From the NCBI GenBank assembly GCA_034780895.1, contig JAUZTB010000098.1, forward strand, positions 89,058,201 through 89,122,200: DNA of 64,000 nucleotides. The letters are read 5' to 3'. Numbering within the stretch: position 1 is the stretch's first letter; every line of letters starts with the position of its first letter. Shown here one piece after another: positions 12,428-24,625 of this stretch. This stretch comes from Rhynchobatus australiae. Lineage: Eukaryota. The position numbers and the translations under genes were made by a program. Under the pieces are notes generated by a model. That model was not told the DNA's origin. It did not search any database and saw only the letters and a program-made list of their open reading frames with translations.

Positions 12428-13094
12428 AAACCCTCTTTAAACCAGCTTCAATCTAGTGCATATTTAATTTTTCTTTTTTTCATTATCTTTATTAATATTA
12501 AATCCAAGCCAAGATTCGGCATGGTAGAGTTGGAAGCTTCACATCGACCATTGTTCTTCGACGTAAATAAGCCGCTGGGGACATATTAGTCTTTCCAGAT
12601 CTGCGACGCTGCAGACGATTTTCTTTAAAAGAAAGCGAATCGTCTCCTTGGATTGAATTCCTTCAATCAAAACAAGAAATAATTCAGGATAAGTCAAACT
12701 GTCTGGTTGAGTCTTCCCGTTAGTTAAGAATGAAGAAGTGGTGCGTATGTCAAGCGTCTAATTATTTTATAGCAGCATTCGATTCCTATATCAATATTAA
12801 TGAGCAGGATGTTTAGTGGTGAGCAGTAGTGTATTCTATTTAAATATAAATTTTGAAATCAAAATGTCAGACGTGATACCATGACAGTATTACAGATACT
12901 GATTCGAAAGATTTTGCGAGGAATATACGATTTTGTTTTTGCCATAAAGTATAATAAGGCACATGTATGCACGCACATTATGCTTTTATAAATAAATACA
13001 TTTGAATATAATTGCACTTGAAAATGTATACTTATGGATCATTGTCAAAAGATTTTGATGTTAAAAACTAATTTCAATAAAAAAAATTGGAACC
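12428..13094 (+). other. FOXF2: FOXF2 3' UTR (approximate) with polyadenylation signals
   Basis: AU-rich sequence after the stop codon, with AATAAA at 12991-12996 and 13076-13081. The true end is hidden by the N gap starting at 13095. Confidence 0.65.
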
Positions 13095-14501
13095 NNNNNN
13101 NNNNNNNNNNNNNNNNNNNNNNNNNNNNNNNNNNNNNNNNNNNNNNNNNNNNNNNNNNNNNNNNNNNNNNNNNNNNNNNNNNNNNNNNNNNNNNTGGAAC
13201 CATGTTTATTACACTTGTCTTGCAATTAACATAATTTGAATGAAACTTGGGTCATTCATCCATGCTTCGACATTATAAAGCCGCTGCTTTAAATCTAATG
13301 AAACTTTCATAGTGACTGTTGTTTACCAGTCGCACTGCCTGTTTCTGTCTGCATTCTCGAGGGCCTTGTTAGTATAAACACCAAATGTAAAATATACAGA
13401 TTCTGGAACTGACTGATTTTAAGTAACATTGACTCCAAAACCAACACAAAGTAAAATACTCTATTGTAGATGATTTGATTAAAGGACACGGTAGCAAAGT
13501 TGATAGATTTTAAGGCAATAATTTGTGCGGAGTGGCATAACTGTTGTGTCAGATAGCGTTAAGGTCGTTGTTTTTTTGTGTGTAAACATTCACTTATAAA
13601 AATGTGTGTTTTCAAATCACTAGTGATGAGCCCGACAATCTGAAGGGATCTGGTTTAATTGTATTCTTAAAGATGAACGTTTTGCCATCATTGGCTCCTG
13701 GAATTCATCCCAAAGTAGAAACAATTGACAATAGTTGCACAGTTTAGGCCGAATTACTTTTGGTCCAGATAGAATTACAGGACCCGAGTTAACCCGCGCG
13801 GCTGTTATACAATGAAACGGCAAAAGGACAAATTCAGATTTTTAATTTTGCAAGCACTAAATCTGCTGTATTGTTAATGAAAGGTTGCTGGAATAGGTTC
13901 ACAAATTCAGAAAACTCGACAACTCCAGAAGAAGCCATTGATTGTTTTTGAAAGTAAAGACGGGGAATATGGTGTCCAAGGCTGGGGCGAGTGACAGTGA
14001 CCCCGACACAGAAAGGGCACGAGTCTGGATAAATTTAGCACCAGACCCGTGTACTCTTCAACAGGAGGTCGAGAGCCCTTCAGACTCATCTCCCTTCCAT
14101 CGCCTCTAGAATATTATGCTTGTCGTTTACAAGTGTTATTCGGGCCACTTCACCCTTCTATCATGCTCTTTAGCACATTCAAACCCCCCCCCAATAAAAA
14201 TTCATAATCACTAGCATCAAGACATGGCTCTTCAATGTGCAGCAAAGTGCGAGAGAGCCGTCATTCAGCCTCGAAACTTTTAAACGGCACAGATTGCGGA
14301 TCCGATCTTCAACGCAATGTTTGTGTTTCCGTGCATTCTAGTCGCTCGCTGAAAGAATGCGAAAAGAACTCCGACATATTCATAAAGCTACTCTAAGCAT
14401 GTTTCGTTTAGAAAACGTCCCAGTGAGACCATACCCCTCATTGCGGCAACTTGGCATTTCAAAATCTTGCATGAATGCAAATCAGGAGAAATAAATGAAA
14501 T

Positions 14502-14982
14502 TGATTCACCAGGATGTGGCCTGGATTAGAGAGTATTAAGAGATTGGACAAACTTGGATTGTTTTTTTCTGGAGCGTCGGAGGCTGAGGGGCGACCTGTA
14601 AGGGGCATATAAATGTAACAAAGGTGTTGGATAGGTAGATAATCAGAGTCGTTTATCCCCCAGGGTGGAAAAGTCAAATGCAAGAGGATAGAGCTTTTAG
14701 GTTGAGGGGGGGGTGTGTTGGAATTTAAAACAGATTTGCGAGGCAAGTTCTTCTTTTGCACAGAGGGCGGTAGATGCCTGGAACGGGCTGCCAGGGGAGG
14801 TGGTGGAAGCAGATATGATAACAACATTTAAGAGGCATTTAGACAGGCACAGGAAGTAGTAGGGGATGGAGTGATATGGATTATGTGCAGGCAGATGGGA
14901 TTAGTTTATATCAGCAATATGCTCGGCACGGACATAATGGGCCGAAGGACCTTTTCCTGCGCTGTACTGTTCTATGTTCTAC
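14502..14982 (+). mobile_element. 5'-truncated CR1 LINE (ORF2 end and 3' tail)
   Basis: TTCACCAGGATG...CCTGGATTAGAG (FTRM.PGL) through to the GGGCCGAAGG...CTGTACTGTTCTATGTTCTA tail. Collinear with 53015-53499. Confidence 0.85.
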
Positions 14983-15708
14983 ATTCGTTGTTCTTGGTTG
15001 TTTTTGCATATCATTATTTTTTTCTCTGGCCCAGAATAAAATATTTAACCAGCATCGAGTCTGTGGTGTTATCGGTCTTACATTTGCGGTACCTAAAATC
15101 CTTTGTCCTGTAGTAATTCATCGCCTTTGAAGCATTCCAACAAGGTGCATTACACAATCCACTGGGATAATTAGGTTCCATGATATCCCCGAAACATATA
15201 TGAATGTCAGAATGTTAAAATATTTCTGTTTATTCTAGTTACTGCACAGGGTGATCCGTCTGCTTTCAGATTATACATGATTATTAGACAAAATATCCAA
15301 ACTTTTAAAGATAAGTTGTATATTTATTAACGTGAGGTGCATTTTAATGTCCAGCTTTGATTATTTATTTTATAAACCCTTTGAGCCTCATGTTGTACCC
15401 ATGGCAACGTGGGTTAATGGTAGAATTGACGCGCTCCATCCCAAAATGAGGATTTGGTAAGAATCCGATTTACTAACTTTCCTGTAATTGTGAAGCGGCC
15501 AGGGCATTTTTCTTTTGTTTTCGTTTGGCAAACCTTCACCATTCCGTTTACATTCTAGAGTCGCTTCATACAATTTATATCTGCTGCATTTGTAAGCAGT
15601 TGATTTAGATTTGGTTACTGGCCCGGACAAGGGACTGCAATCGATCGCTCCCCAGACAGAGACACAGGCTCGGATCCCAAACTGGCTGGGGGTGCAGGAC
15701 CCTGCCGA

Positions 15709-15726
15709 AGTGCCCCCTCCTGGTCA
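15709..15726 (-). promoter_or_regulatory. CTCF-like motif (reverse)
   Basis: The reverse complement TGACCAGGAGGGGGCACT is a strong CTCF core match. It lies in a small GC-rich island (about 15615-15770). Confidence 0.6.
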
Positions 15727-18700
15727 GCCTGTCTGGTAATCGCAGCACCTGCCACCGGGCAACACACATAGCAAGGATTCGAATTTATTTCCAGACGCAA
15801 TAAATTGCTTAGATTTTCTCCCAAATATACTGAAAATTTTAAAAAAACTGTTCCCTAAAATTGTTTCGTGTCTCTATGTACAGAAAACTTCTGTCGTTTC
15901 TCACGTCATTGTTCTTAATTTTGCGCTGGGATTCGCATCTAATCTTTGTCCTTCTTCCCATCATTTTAATCGTTGCCCGTTTTCTTCTGATATTTTGGTC
16001 TCCCGGCACCCCCATCTTCTCTTTCCCCCTTCACTCATTACTTGCTTACGACCACAGTTAAGGAAAATTGTATCTCCAGCCCCTCCCGCCTCCCCCCACC
16101 CCCAAAAAACAGGGCCATTTGCTTTATTATGCCTTGAAATAAGAAGGTAAATAGCGAAAGCCCTTATGTCAGGGTACGGAAAGACTTCTAAGTCATACTC
16201 CAAATTGTCTATAATAAATAAAAAGCTTTAGTGCTATTATAGCATGACAAAATTAAAAACGGCATATTAATGTTTTACTTTTTGATCAGTGATCTAACGA
16301 TCAGGGGCGATTTTAAAAAAGATACCAGTGAAAGTAACCATGAACTGCCCGCTGTATACTCAACTCGTTCACTTAATGCCTCGTAGAGAAGGAAACTTGC
16401 ACCCTTCCGAACTAGTCAACGCCATTGTGGCCGACATTAAAATATCTGAAATGGTCCAGCAAATCACTTACGCGTTTTCCTTTCTTTACAAAAAAAGTTC
16501 TGGGGGGAAAAAAAAACCTGAAGATTGAGGATGACTAGGAAATAGGCAACATATCCAGACCTCGTCAGAGAGGCCCACGTTACAAGAAACAATTTTTAAA
16601 ACTTAGTTTGCCAAACCACCAATATTGATTTATTCTTTAACATTTCTACAACACAACTAACACAGAGCCAATCTGGCCCTTGTGAAAGAAGCCAACAAGC
16701 TTTCGGGGATTTTTGTAGACTAAAAAATTAACCCAATCCACTTTTCTTTATTACAATGATACCAATAATTCTCAAAGCGCTATAAAACAAAACACAAAAG
16801 CAGAAAAGATTGCTTACAGTTCTGCATGGAATTTTTCGAGGAAGGTAACTAATATCTCCCCTTCCCCGCTCTGGGAACAACAGCGTTCAAAATCCCAAAG
16901 CAACTGATGTGTTTAATAACAGTTTACAAATACACTGCGTGTATTTATACAAGCAGAATATAACGAATATAAGCAATAAATCTGATTGTACGATTCTGGC
17001 ATATAAACGCAACACAAAACAAAAACAAAGAGGTTTGACATTGAAGGACAAACGGTCCCGTTAGCCTGTCGGATATAGTTTCACAGAGCAATTACCCGTC
17101 CGCTCCAATTCTTGGTACACGGGAGAGTGACCATTTTAAATTGCATAAATGCCCACGGTGGTTATTTTAGCCAGGTCGGCTCCTTCAGGTGCACTAGATA
17201 ATTGCGGTCCGATTTAAACCTAAGAGAGTCATCGTTGTCCTTGTTAACCAACTATGGAAATGTATCCGAACTGCAAAGTGAGGTTTGCTTCTCAGGGGCT
17301 GGACACAGTTAACTGAACGGTCAGTGCTCCAAACCCGTACACTGGACCGTGTCTTTAAATCTGCGATTAAATTGCGTAATTTGAATTGTGATCTGGACAT
17401 TGTACATTGGTAACATTTCTTAGATTAGTCAGGTCTGGGTCTTTCCTCGCTCCATTAATCCAGTTATTCAAATTAAAAACCTACCTGCAACAGTTGAAGC
17501 TTCCTCACGACTGGCCTAAGAATAGTCCGCGCCGTCTCAAGGGACGATTACAACGTTTAACGAATTTTAAAATAAAATATGCTCAATTAACAGACGGATT
17601 CATTAAAATGTTAAACACTTTAACAGCTAATGAAGGAATTGACTACTGATACTCGAGAGTGAATATAAGCTAGTTAAGTGTTTAATGGTCGTGCTTTAAA
17701 CTTGTGTTTACTCAGGCATTGATCAGATGCAATGGGGATTGACAGTCCAGAAGTATCTTTCAGCCCCTACCTCCCTAATGCTAGAATCTTACGCCATTAG
17801 ATTAAGGTTCAAATCTAAAATTAATCACCGGTTATTAAATCTAAATTAGATCTCAACGCCGCTCATCATAATGATAACTGATCATTGGGATGAGCGATGT
17901 TCAGATCTGACTGCACAGCCACAGGGCTACTGAAAAAATGATACTTTTGCCGGCCGTTTTCATTCCCTTTCACTCCTCTAGATTGATGGTGTTTCCAAGA
18001 TAATTTGACCTTCTTGGTTGAGCAATGGCATTACCAAGTCAGAAACTCTACAGGGTACATAGGTCCGAGTATTATGTCCGTAGTCCAGTGTTTCAGCAAC
18101 AGTCGTTAATAGCCCCTGTGCGATCGGTCACTGAAAAGGTTTGGATATCGGTACTTAGTGCATATTTATTGAATCGCCTGCGCCCCCGCGGCCTTTTGGA
18201 ATTGTACTGATATTGTAGGATCACTTGTAATAGACCAACACGCAAATAACAATGATCCGTGAAATTTGATTCCTTAAGCAAGAAATATTCCCCATATATA
18301 AAAGGAAACGCGGCATGATATTCCGGATTTGGGGTCAATATCAGAAATTCAATTGTGCTTTTTATATTTAAAGTTATGACCTGGTGCGATTTATTCTGCG
18401 AAATAATTGCTGAAGAATGCATTCGGGGCCTCTTTTTTGAATGTCTCCAGTTACTTTCAATGTAGCTCTCATTTATTTAGATCATTTGTCTCCCTGACTG
18501 TAAATTCAGTCCACCTCAATCATCGGCCGTTGTACAGAAATAGAAATGTGAAAGATCCCGTCTCATACCGTGTGTATGAAATTCATACACTACCTGTCAT
18601 TGTGTATATGAACAGGCCAAACAACAGAGGCATTAACCAATAATAGGAGCCGAAAGCATAAAATGGGGATTATAAATAATAGGGATTTCAAACTCTTTCC

Positions 18701-18979
18701 GAAAACAGCAGCATTATTATGATAGTGTTTGTATGCGTGTAATTTATAGTGCAATTACAAATGCTCATGCACTCATTTCTGAAGGAATTTGCCGTATATT
18801 GGACAGATGAAATGTTCCATGCTCCGAAGTGATAATTGTTCTTACGTCAAGCGTTAGAAAAGTAAAGCAACATTTGGAATGGAGCGTTCAGAAAAAAATG
18901 CCACCCACATCGCAGTCAGCACACACACACAATTTGCCTTTATTAATCTGCGAGAGTTCAGTTTAGGCTAAAGAACAGG

Positions 18980-18995
18980 AGCGCCACCGTGTGAA
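18980..18995 (-). promoter_or_regulatory. CTCF-like motif (reverse) near the CpG-domain edge
   Basis: The reverse complement TTCACACGGTGGCGCT resembles the CTCF core CCACNNGGTGGCGCT. Confidence 0.4.
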
Positions 18996-19149
18996 TGTTA
19001 GCTGATCTGACTTCAGTAAAGATGATTCAGCCCCGTTGAACACACTAAATACACAGATAGAGCAGAGACGCGGGGGCAGTAATATTGTCATCACATATAG
19101 ATTGATGACACGGATTTTGAGTGGAACGTCTCACGTACGCTTGCTGCTA

Positions 19150-19500
19150 GGTTCTCCAGAGGTGAGTTGCCAGAAGAAAGTTGTTTCTGGATGACAACCT
19201 CCTGCATCTGAAAGGCGTGTTATTGCGTGGCGTTAGGGGCTTGTGGGATGAGAGTGGGTCATGGGAAGAGGGATTGCAGTGTTCTTCATCCGGAGCAGCT
19301 GTCTACCACAGAACGCTATGCGCTTCTGACTGTTCCTCGGGACCAAAAATGAAACAAACATCAGGTGTTACTCGAAGATCATCAACACGGTGAACGCTTT
19401 GATATACCCGAAGCTTTCTGGACTTCTGGTGCAAGGAGTTGCAGGGAACCAAATGCTGCAGATTGACATTCTTCAAGGTGCAGGACTATATGCCAAGGGA
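19150..19500 (+). mobile_element. Decayed Tx1-like non-LTR retrotransposon, ORF2 C-terminal fragment
   Basis: TTCATCCGGAGCAGCTGT...CTGTTCCTCGGGACC...ATCAGGTGTTACTCGAAGATCATCAACACGGTGAA aligns by eye to 32304-32414 of the Tx1 fragment. Confidence 0.65.
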
Positions 19501-20429
19501 TATATCCAAGCCTGGTGCATCTGCCACAATGGATTTGTGAAGAAAGACCAGTGTATGGAGTTTTCGCAAATGGCCTGGCCCTGTGTAATGACCTATCAGA
19601 CTTCTTGCTGATGGAATGCTTGGGTCTGAAGAATTGATACCACTTTGTCTTAATGTAGATATTGTAAGTGATTGTAAGTATACCTTCAGTAGAGTGAATA
19701 AAGACAGTGCAATGCCCCCTATTGTATAACAATGTATTTTCTGAATATTGTATAACTTTGAACAAAAATGTAATTGGTTCATACGGGAAGTTGAGAGTGA
19801 NNNNNNNNNNNNNNNNNNNNNNNNNNNNNNNNNNNNNNNNNNNNNNNNNNNNNNNNNNNNNNNNNNNNNNNNNNNNNNNNNNNNNNNNNNNNNNNNNNNN
19901 TGTGTTTTTAGTTAGTTTTACTTTTTTAATTAATAACATAAGGAATTGCAATTGTTTATTTCATTTCTTGTAGTTTTTATATGTTTCTTAATGTCAGGGA
20001 CTTTTAAAGCAGCTTGACTGCTTTAAAAGACAGCAAAGCTGAATTTTGCCAATGCTCAAAAGTTCCGAGAGCAATTTTGATCTGATCTGCCCATGTAGCC
20101 TGATTACATTGCTGTAACCTCAGCCATTGCTCAGGGCCTTGCCGCTCCTCTGTAATGTTGAGCTGAGCCATAAAGTTCAACCATACAGAACTGAAACAGG
20201 CAAGTTTGGACTCTGAGGAAATGCAAGTAGTGAATGCAGCAGGTGGGTCACACTCAGAAAAATTCAGTTCCAAGATTGTGGGTCATAAAGATAACTTCCA
20301 ATATTCAAAGATTTTTTGAAACTAAATGTAATAACAAAACATGTTTTCTTAACTGAAACAGTGTCTAATTTCCTCCTTAATTTATCACAGTTTTTCCATT
20401 TTACCTTTATACGCATAAAAATGATGCCA

Positions 20430-20870
20430 GCTGTGACTCACTGGTTACACTCATACTTCTTAGTCAGAAGATTGCAGCTCAAGGTTAATGCTCTGGAGCC
20501 CCAAGCACTAAGACCTAGAGTGGACACTCCTGTGATATTATGGTGATACTGATGTTGTGCTACACTATCAGAGATGATAACTTTAAGATGAACTGATAAA
20601 CCAAGGCCTTATCTACCCTTTCAAATGAAGATAAAAGCTACAATGGTGCCTCCTCTAAGAGGAGGCAGAGATTTATTCTTAATTTCCTGATCATTATTAT
20701 TTTATCTGTCCAATATTGCATTATTGTTGTGTCAACTTGCTGTGCACAATCTGGCTGCTGCGTTGCTACATTTCAACAGGGACTGAAGTTCAAGAGTATG
20801 TCATTAGTTGTAAGACAATGTGGAATTTCCTGACAGGAACATCAATGCAAGTCATTCTTTCTTTTTATCT
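20430..20870 (+). mobile_element. Ancient Deu-domain SINE (SacSINE1/AmnSINE-like)
   Basis: Contains AGATGAACTGATAAACCAAGGCCTTATCTACCC, CTTGCTGTGCACAATCTGGCTGCTGCGTTGCTACATT and an AATGCAAGTCATTCTTTC tail. Confidence 0.6.
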
Positions 20871-21010
20871 TCTTTGATTTTGCTAATGAGTATGATTTTT
20901 AGAAGTTAAAAACAGGGTTGTGCTGCATTGCAAAAATATTACCCAAGGTTTGCATACTAATATATAGTACATGCATCATATGCCAAATCCCCCACCAATC
21001 CCCCTCCCCC

Positions 21011-21897
21011 TCCAGGATCTTAACCCTGCAACTGTACTAAGTGTTACACCTGCCCCTACATCTCCTCCCTCACCACCATTCAGGGCCCTAGATATTCCTT
21101 CCAGGGGAAGCACCACTTTATCTGTGAATCCGAGAATGTCATTTATTGTATCTGGTGCTCCCGGTGCAGCCTGTTTTACATCGGTGAGTCACAATGCAGA
21201 GTGGGTGACCTCTTCATCAAGTACTTTTGCTCCATCCACTGTAAAAGCAAGGATCTCCTGGTGGGATGTCACTTTATTCCACATCCCATTCCTACACTGA
21301 CATGTCTATCCATGGCCTCCTCTACCGCCACATTGAGGCCAGATGCAGATTGGAGGAACAACACCTATTCCAACTTGGTAGTCTCCAACCTGACAGACTT
21401 GACATCGATTTCTCCAACTTCCAGTAACCCCTCCTCTTTTACCCCCTACCTTTCTCCCCTTTGTCTTCCCTCATTCCTGTGGCCCCCTCATCCCTTCTCT
21501 TTCCCCTTCCCCACCCTCATGACCTGCCCATCTATTCCCCCCCTCCTTCCCTTTATTCCATGGTCTACTGTTCTCTCCTTCTGGATTCCTTCTTCTTCAG
21601 CCCTTTGCCTCCTCTATCTATCACCTCTCACTTCTTACACCTCACCCCTCCCCACCCACCTACCTTCCCCCTCTCACCTGGACTCACCTACCACCTGCCA
21701 ACCTGTGCTCTTCCTCCTCCCCTGATCTCCTTATTCTAGTTTCTGCCATTTTCCTTTCCAGTCCTGATGACAGGTCTCAACCCGAAATGTCAACTGTTTA
21801 TTTCCCTCCATGGATGCTGCCCAACCTGCTGAGTTCCTCCAGCATTTTGCGTGTGTTGCTCCAGATTCCAGCATCTACAGGATCTCTTGTGTCTCCA
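21011..21897 (+). mobile_element. Penelope-like element 3' part: GIY-YIG endonuclease remnant, pyrimidine-rich spacer, hammerhead-bearing terminus
   Basis: The disrupted frame reads PCNCTKCYTCPY...NVIYCIWCSRCSLFYIGES...RLEEQHL.FQLGSLQPD.LDIDFSNFQ* (ends 21427). A C/T-rich tract and the conserved terminal repeat follow. Confidence 0.9.
21759..21796 (+). ncRNA. Minimal type I hammerhead ribozyme motif (PLE-associated)
   Basis: CAGTC-CTGATGA-CAGGT CTCA ACCC-GAAA-T-GTC-AACTG. It has the CUGANGA and GAAA cores, stem II, a GUC triplet and stem I arms. The short stem III has a C>T change. Confidence 0.7.
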
Positions 21898-22228
21898 GTT
21901 CTTATTTTGTTGTCTGTTAAAATGATCAGATGTTTTCTGTTAATGTTGAATTTCCCTGGCATTCAGAAGCATTCAGAAGATATTAAATCAAATACAGAAG
22001 AAACAAAAGTCACCTGAAACATCTAAAACATTTTAAAATAATTGAAATCTTTAGAGCAAATACTATTTTTTAAAAGACCATTTTGTCTTTCTTCTCTGCA
22101 TTCCTGTAAGCTTTCCCTTCTATTAAATAAGATTGCAGACAACTTGTCTAATCTGCAAGAGGATCCATGAGGAGATTCCTTCATTTTAAAGCTGCAGTAT
22201 TCCAGCAAGTTCATGCGTTGCTAAGTAC

Positions 22229-23187
22229 GTGTGGCTAAGCACAGCTCCAATGCCATATACAAATTTGCCAATGACACCATTATTGTTGAACAAATCACAG
22301 GTGGTGATGAGTCAGCTTACCGGAGTGAGATAGGACACCTGTTGAGTGATGCCACAACAACAACCTCTCACTCAATGTCAATAAAACTAAAGAACTGATT
22401 GTTGACTTCAGGAAAGGGAAGGAGCACGAACCTGCAACATTCTACATTGGGGGATCAGTGGTGGAGAGTCAGCAGCTTTAAATTTCTGGGTGTTAACATA
22501 TTGGATGACCTGTCCTGGGCCCAGCACACAGGTGCAAGCACAAGGAAGGCACACCAGTGTCTTTACTTTCTTAGAAGGTTAAAGAGGTTTGACGTGTCAT
22601 CGATCACTACAACAAACTTCTGCAGATGTACTGTTGAAAGTATCCTGACTGGTTGCATCTTGTGCTGGTATGGCAATTTGAATGTGCAGGAATGTAAGAA
22701 GCTGCAGAGAGTAGTAAACTCAGCCCAATACATCACAGGCACATCCATCCCCACCATCGGTAGTGTCTATATGAGGCATTACCTTAAGANNNNNNNNNNC
22801 ATCTATCATCAAAGATCCACACCATCAGGATGGTGCTATCTTCTTGCAGCTACCATCAGGCAAGAGGTACTGAAACCTGAAGTCCCACATCACCAGGTTC
22901 AAGAACAGCTACTTCCCTTCAACCATTCGGTTCTTGAACCAACCAGCACAACCCTGATCACCACCTCAGTATAGCAACACTATGACCACTTTGCACCACA
23001 ACAGACTTCATTTTTTTTGTTCTAATTGTTTTCTTTCTTGTATAATTTATGTTTAGTTTATGTTTTTCTTGTGAATGTTGTGCATCTGTTGCTGTGTGCC
23101 AGTGATGCTGTTGCGAGTAGGTTTTCCATTGGACACGTGCACACATGTACTTGTGCATATGACAGTGAACTCAACTTTCACTTTGAC
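22229..23187 (+). mobile_element. Rex1/Babar-type LINE, 5'-truncated (RT C-terminal half and 3' UTR)
   Basis: Translates as VAKHSSNAIYKFA(N)DT...HNNNLSLNVNKTKELIVDFRKG, VSSFKFLGVNILDDLSW and LYFLRRLKRF...CTVESILTGCI..WYGN. It ends in an ACTTT(G/C) repeat tail. Confidence 0.88.
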
Positions 23188-24239
23188 TGTGGGAGCCCAT
23201 GCAGAGTCCAATGGCAGACCATTGTGACAAATTTGCTGGCAGGAATCTACCAGGAATCTCAGGACTTTCAAGCTTGGATATGCAGTTTTTTCCCCAAAAT
23301 TATACATTATTCACTAAATATTCTGTTATGCAACACAGGTAATTACATTGTCTTCTTTTACTGTACTGAACATATCCTTAAATCACTTACAATATTTACA
23401 TTATGCCAACATAGCATCAATTTTTCCCTCCTGAACATTCCATCAGTAATAAGTCAGGCAGGTTATTCCACAGGACCAAGGTCATCAGTATCCAATTTTG
23501 AAAGGACCTATTCAGTGGTCTTCCCCTGTGAATCTGCTTAGGAGTTCTGTGGAGTCCAAGCTGAGATTTTCAAAAACAAATGCTGGCAATTAGCTGCAGT
23601 ACTGCCAGAAAAGCTCGGCAAAATCCATGCCAATTGTCAATGTAGCAAAAAGAGAAAAGCGAATCAAATGGAATGCTATTTCTTTATCTCAGAAAGAAAT
23701 TAAAGCCCTCAAAAGAGATGGGGAGAAACTTATTGAGGAAAATGAATTTAAGTTGTCTTAAACTTTTGTTACTTTAGCCAAGATATTTAATTAGCATTTG
23801 GATTCCTATAGAGTGAGTCAGAAGAATGCAAACCACTCATGTTAAACCTCATTGTGCTGCTTGTTTATTGAACCAGCATTTCCTCTTTAAAAAATGATGC
23901 TTAGGAAAATTGTGCTTTTATTGTTTATGTATAGATATCATGCAATTTCAGGGAAAGGGAAGATGCATGGTTAAACTCAAGTATCTAAAAATAGCTGAAC
24001 AATTGCACAACTCCACTGTTATCTTCATAAAAATGCCATCCCTCTGCCTAACTATTCATTGAAATGCATTGAACACTCTGAAGATACTTGACATGCCAAA
24101 TAAGTATGAACTAAACTCACCAGAGAAAATGAAATCTGAGCAATTCCAATCTAAATAATGATTAAATCAATGTTAATAAATAACAAACAACTTCTATATC
24201 ATCAGAAATTAATCATTATAAATATAAATGAAGTCTCAT

Positions 24240-24625
24240 TAACTTTGGAGTGCAGAAGAATGATAGAGGTTTACAAAATGATGAGGGGCATAGACAGAAT
24301 TAATACAAGTAGACTCCACCTAGATTTGGAGAGATAAGTATGAGAGGACATGGCTTTAGGGTGAAAGGGGAAATGTTTAGGGGAACATTTGGGGGGAACT
24401 TCTTCACTCAAAGAGTGGTGGGAGTGTGGAATGGACTGCCATCTGATGTAGTAAATGTAGGCTCACTCTTAACTTTTAAGGGTAAATTGTATAAATACAT
24501 GGACGGGAGCGGTCTGGAGCATTATAGGCTGGGTACAGGTAAATGGGACTAGCAGAATAATGTTTTGGCATAGACTAGAAGGGCCAAATGGCCTGCTTTC
24601 TGTGCTGTAGTCTTCTATGGTTCTA
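24240..24625 (+). mobile_element. CR1 LINE 3' fragment
   Basis: The ORF RGHGFRVKGEMFRG...NFFTQRVVGVWNGLP..VV is the CR1 ORF2 C-terminus, followed by a GGGCCAAATGGCCTG...TTCTATGGTTCTA tail. Confidence 0.88.

Noticed and set aside
14018-14051. 11-bp inverted repeat CACGAGTCTGG / CCAGACCCGTG
   Set aside because: A short imperfect hairpin in what looks like decayed LINE-tail sequence, with no structured-RNA or terminator context.
22399-22974. 191-aa ORF that could be annotated as a host protein (DUF1891/ALKBH8-N-like hits are common)
   Set aside because: It is the post-RT region of a Rex1/Babar LINE with upstream frameshifts and stops, not a domesticated gene.
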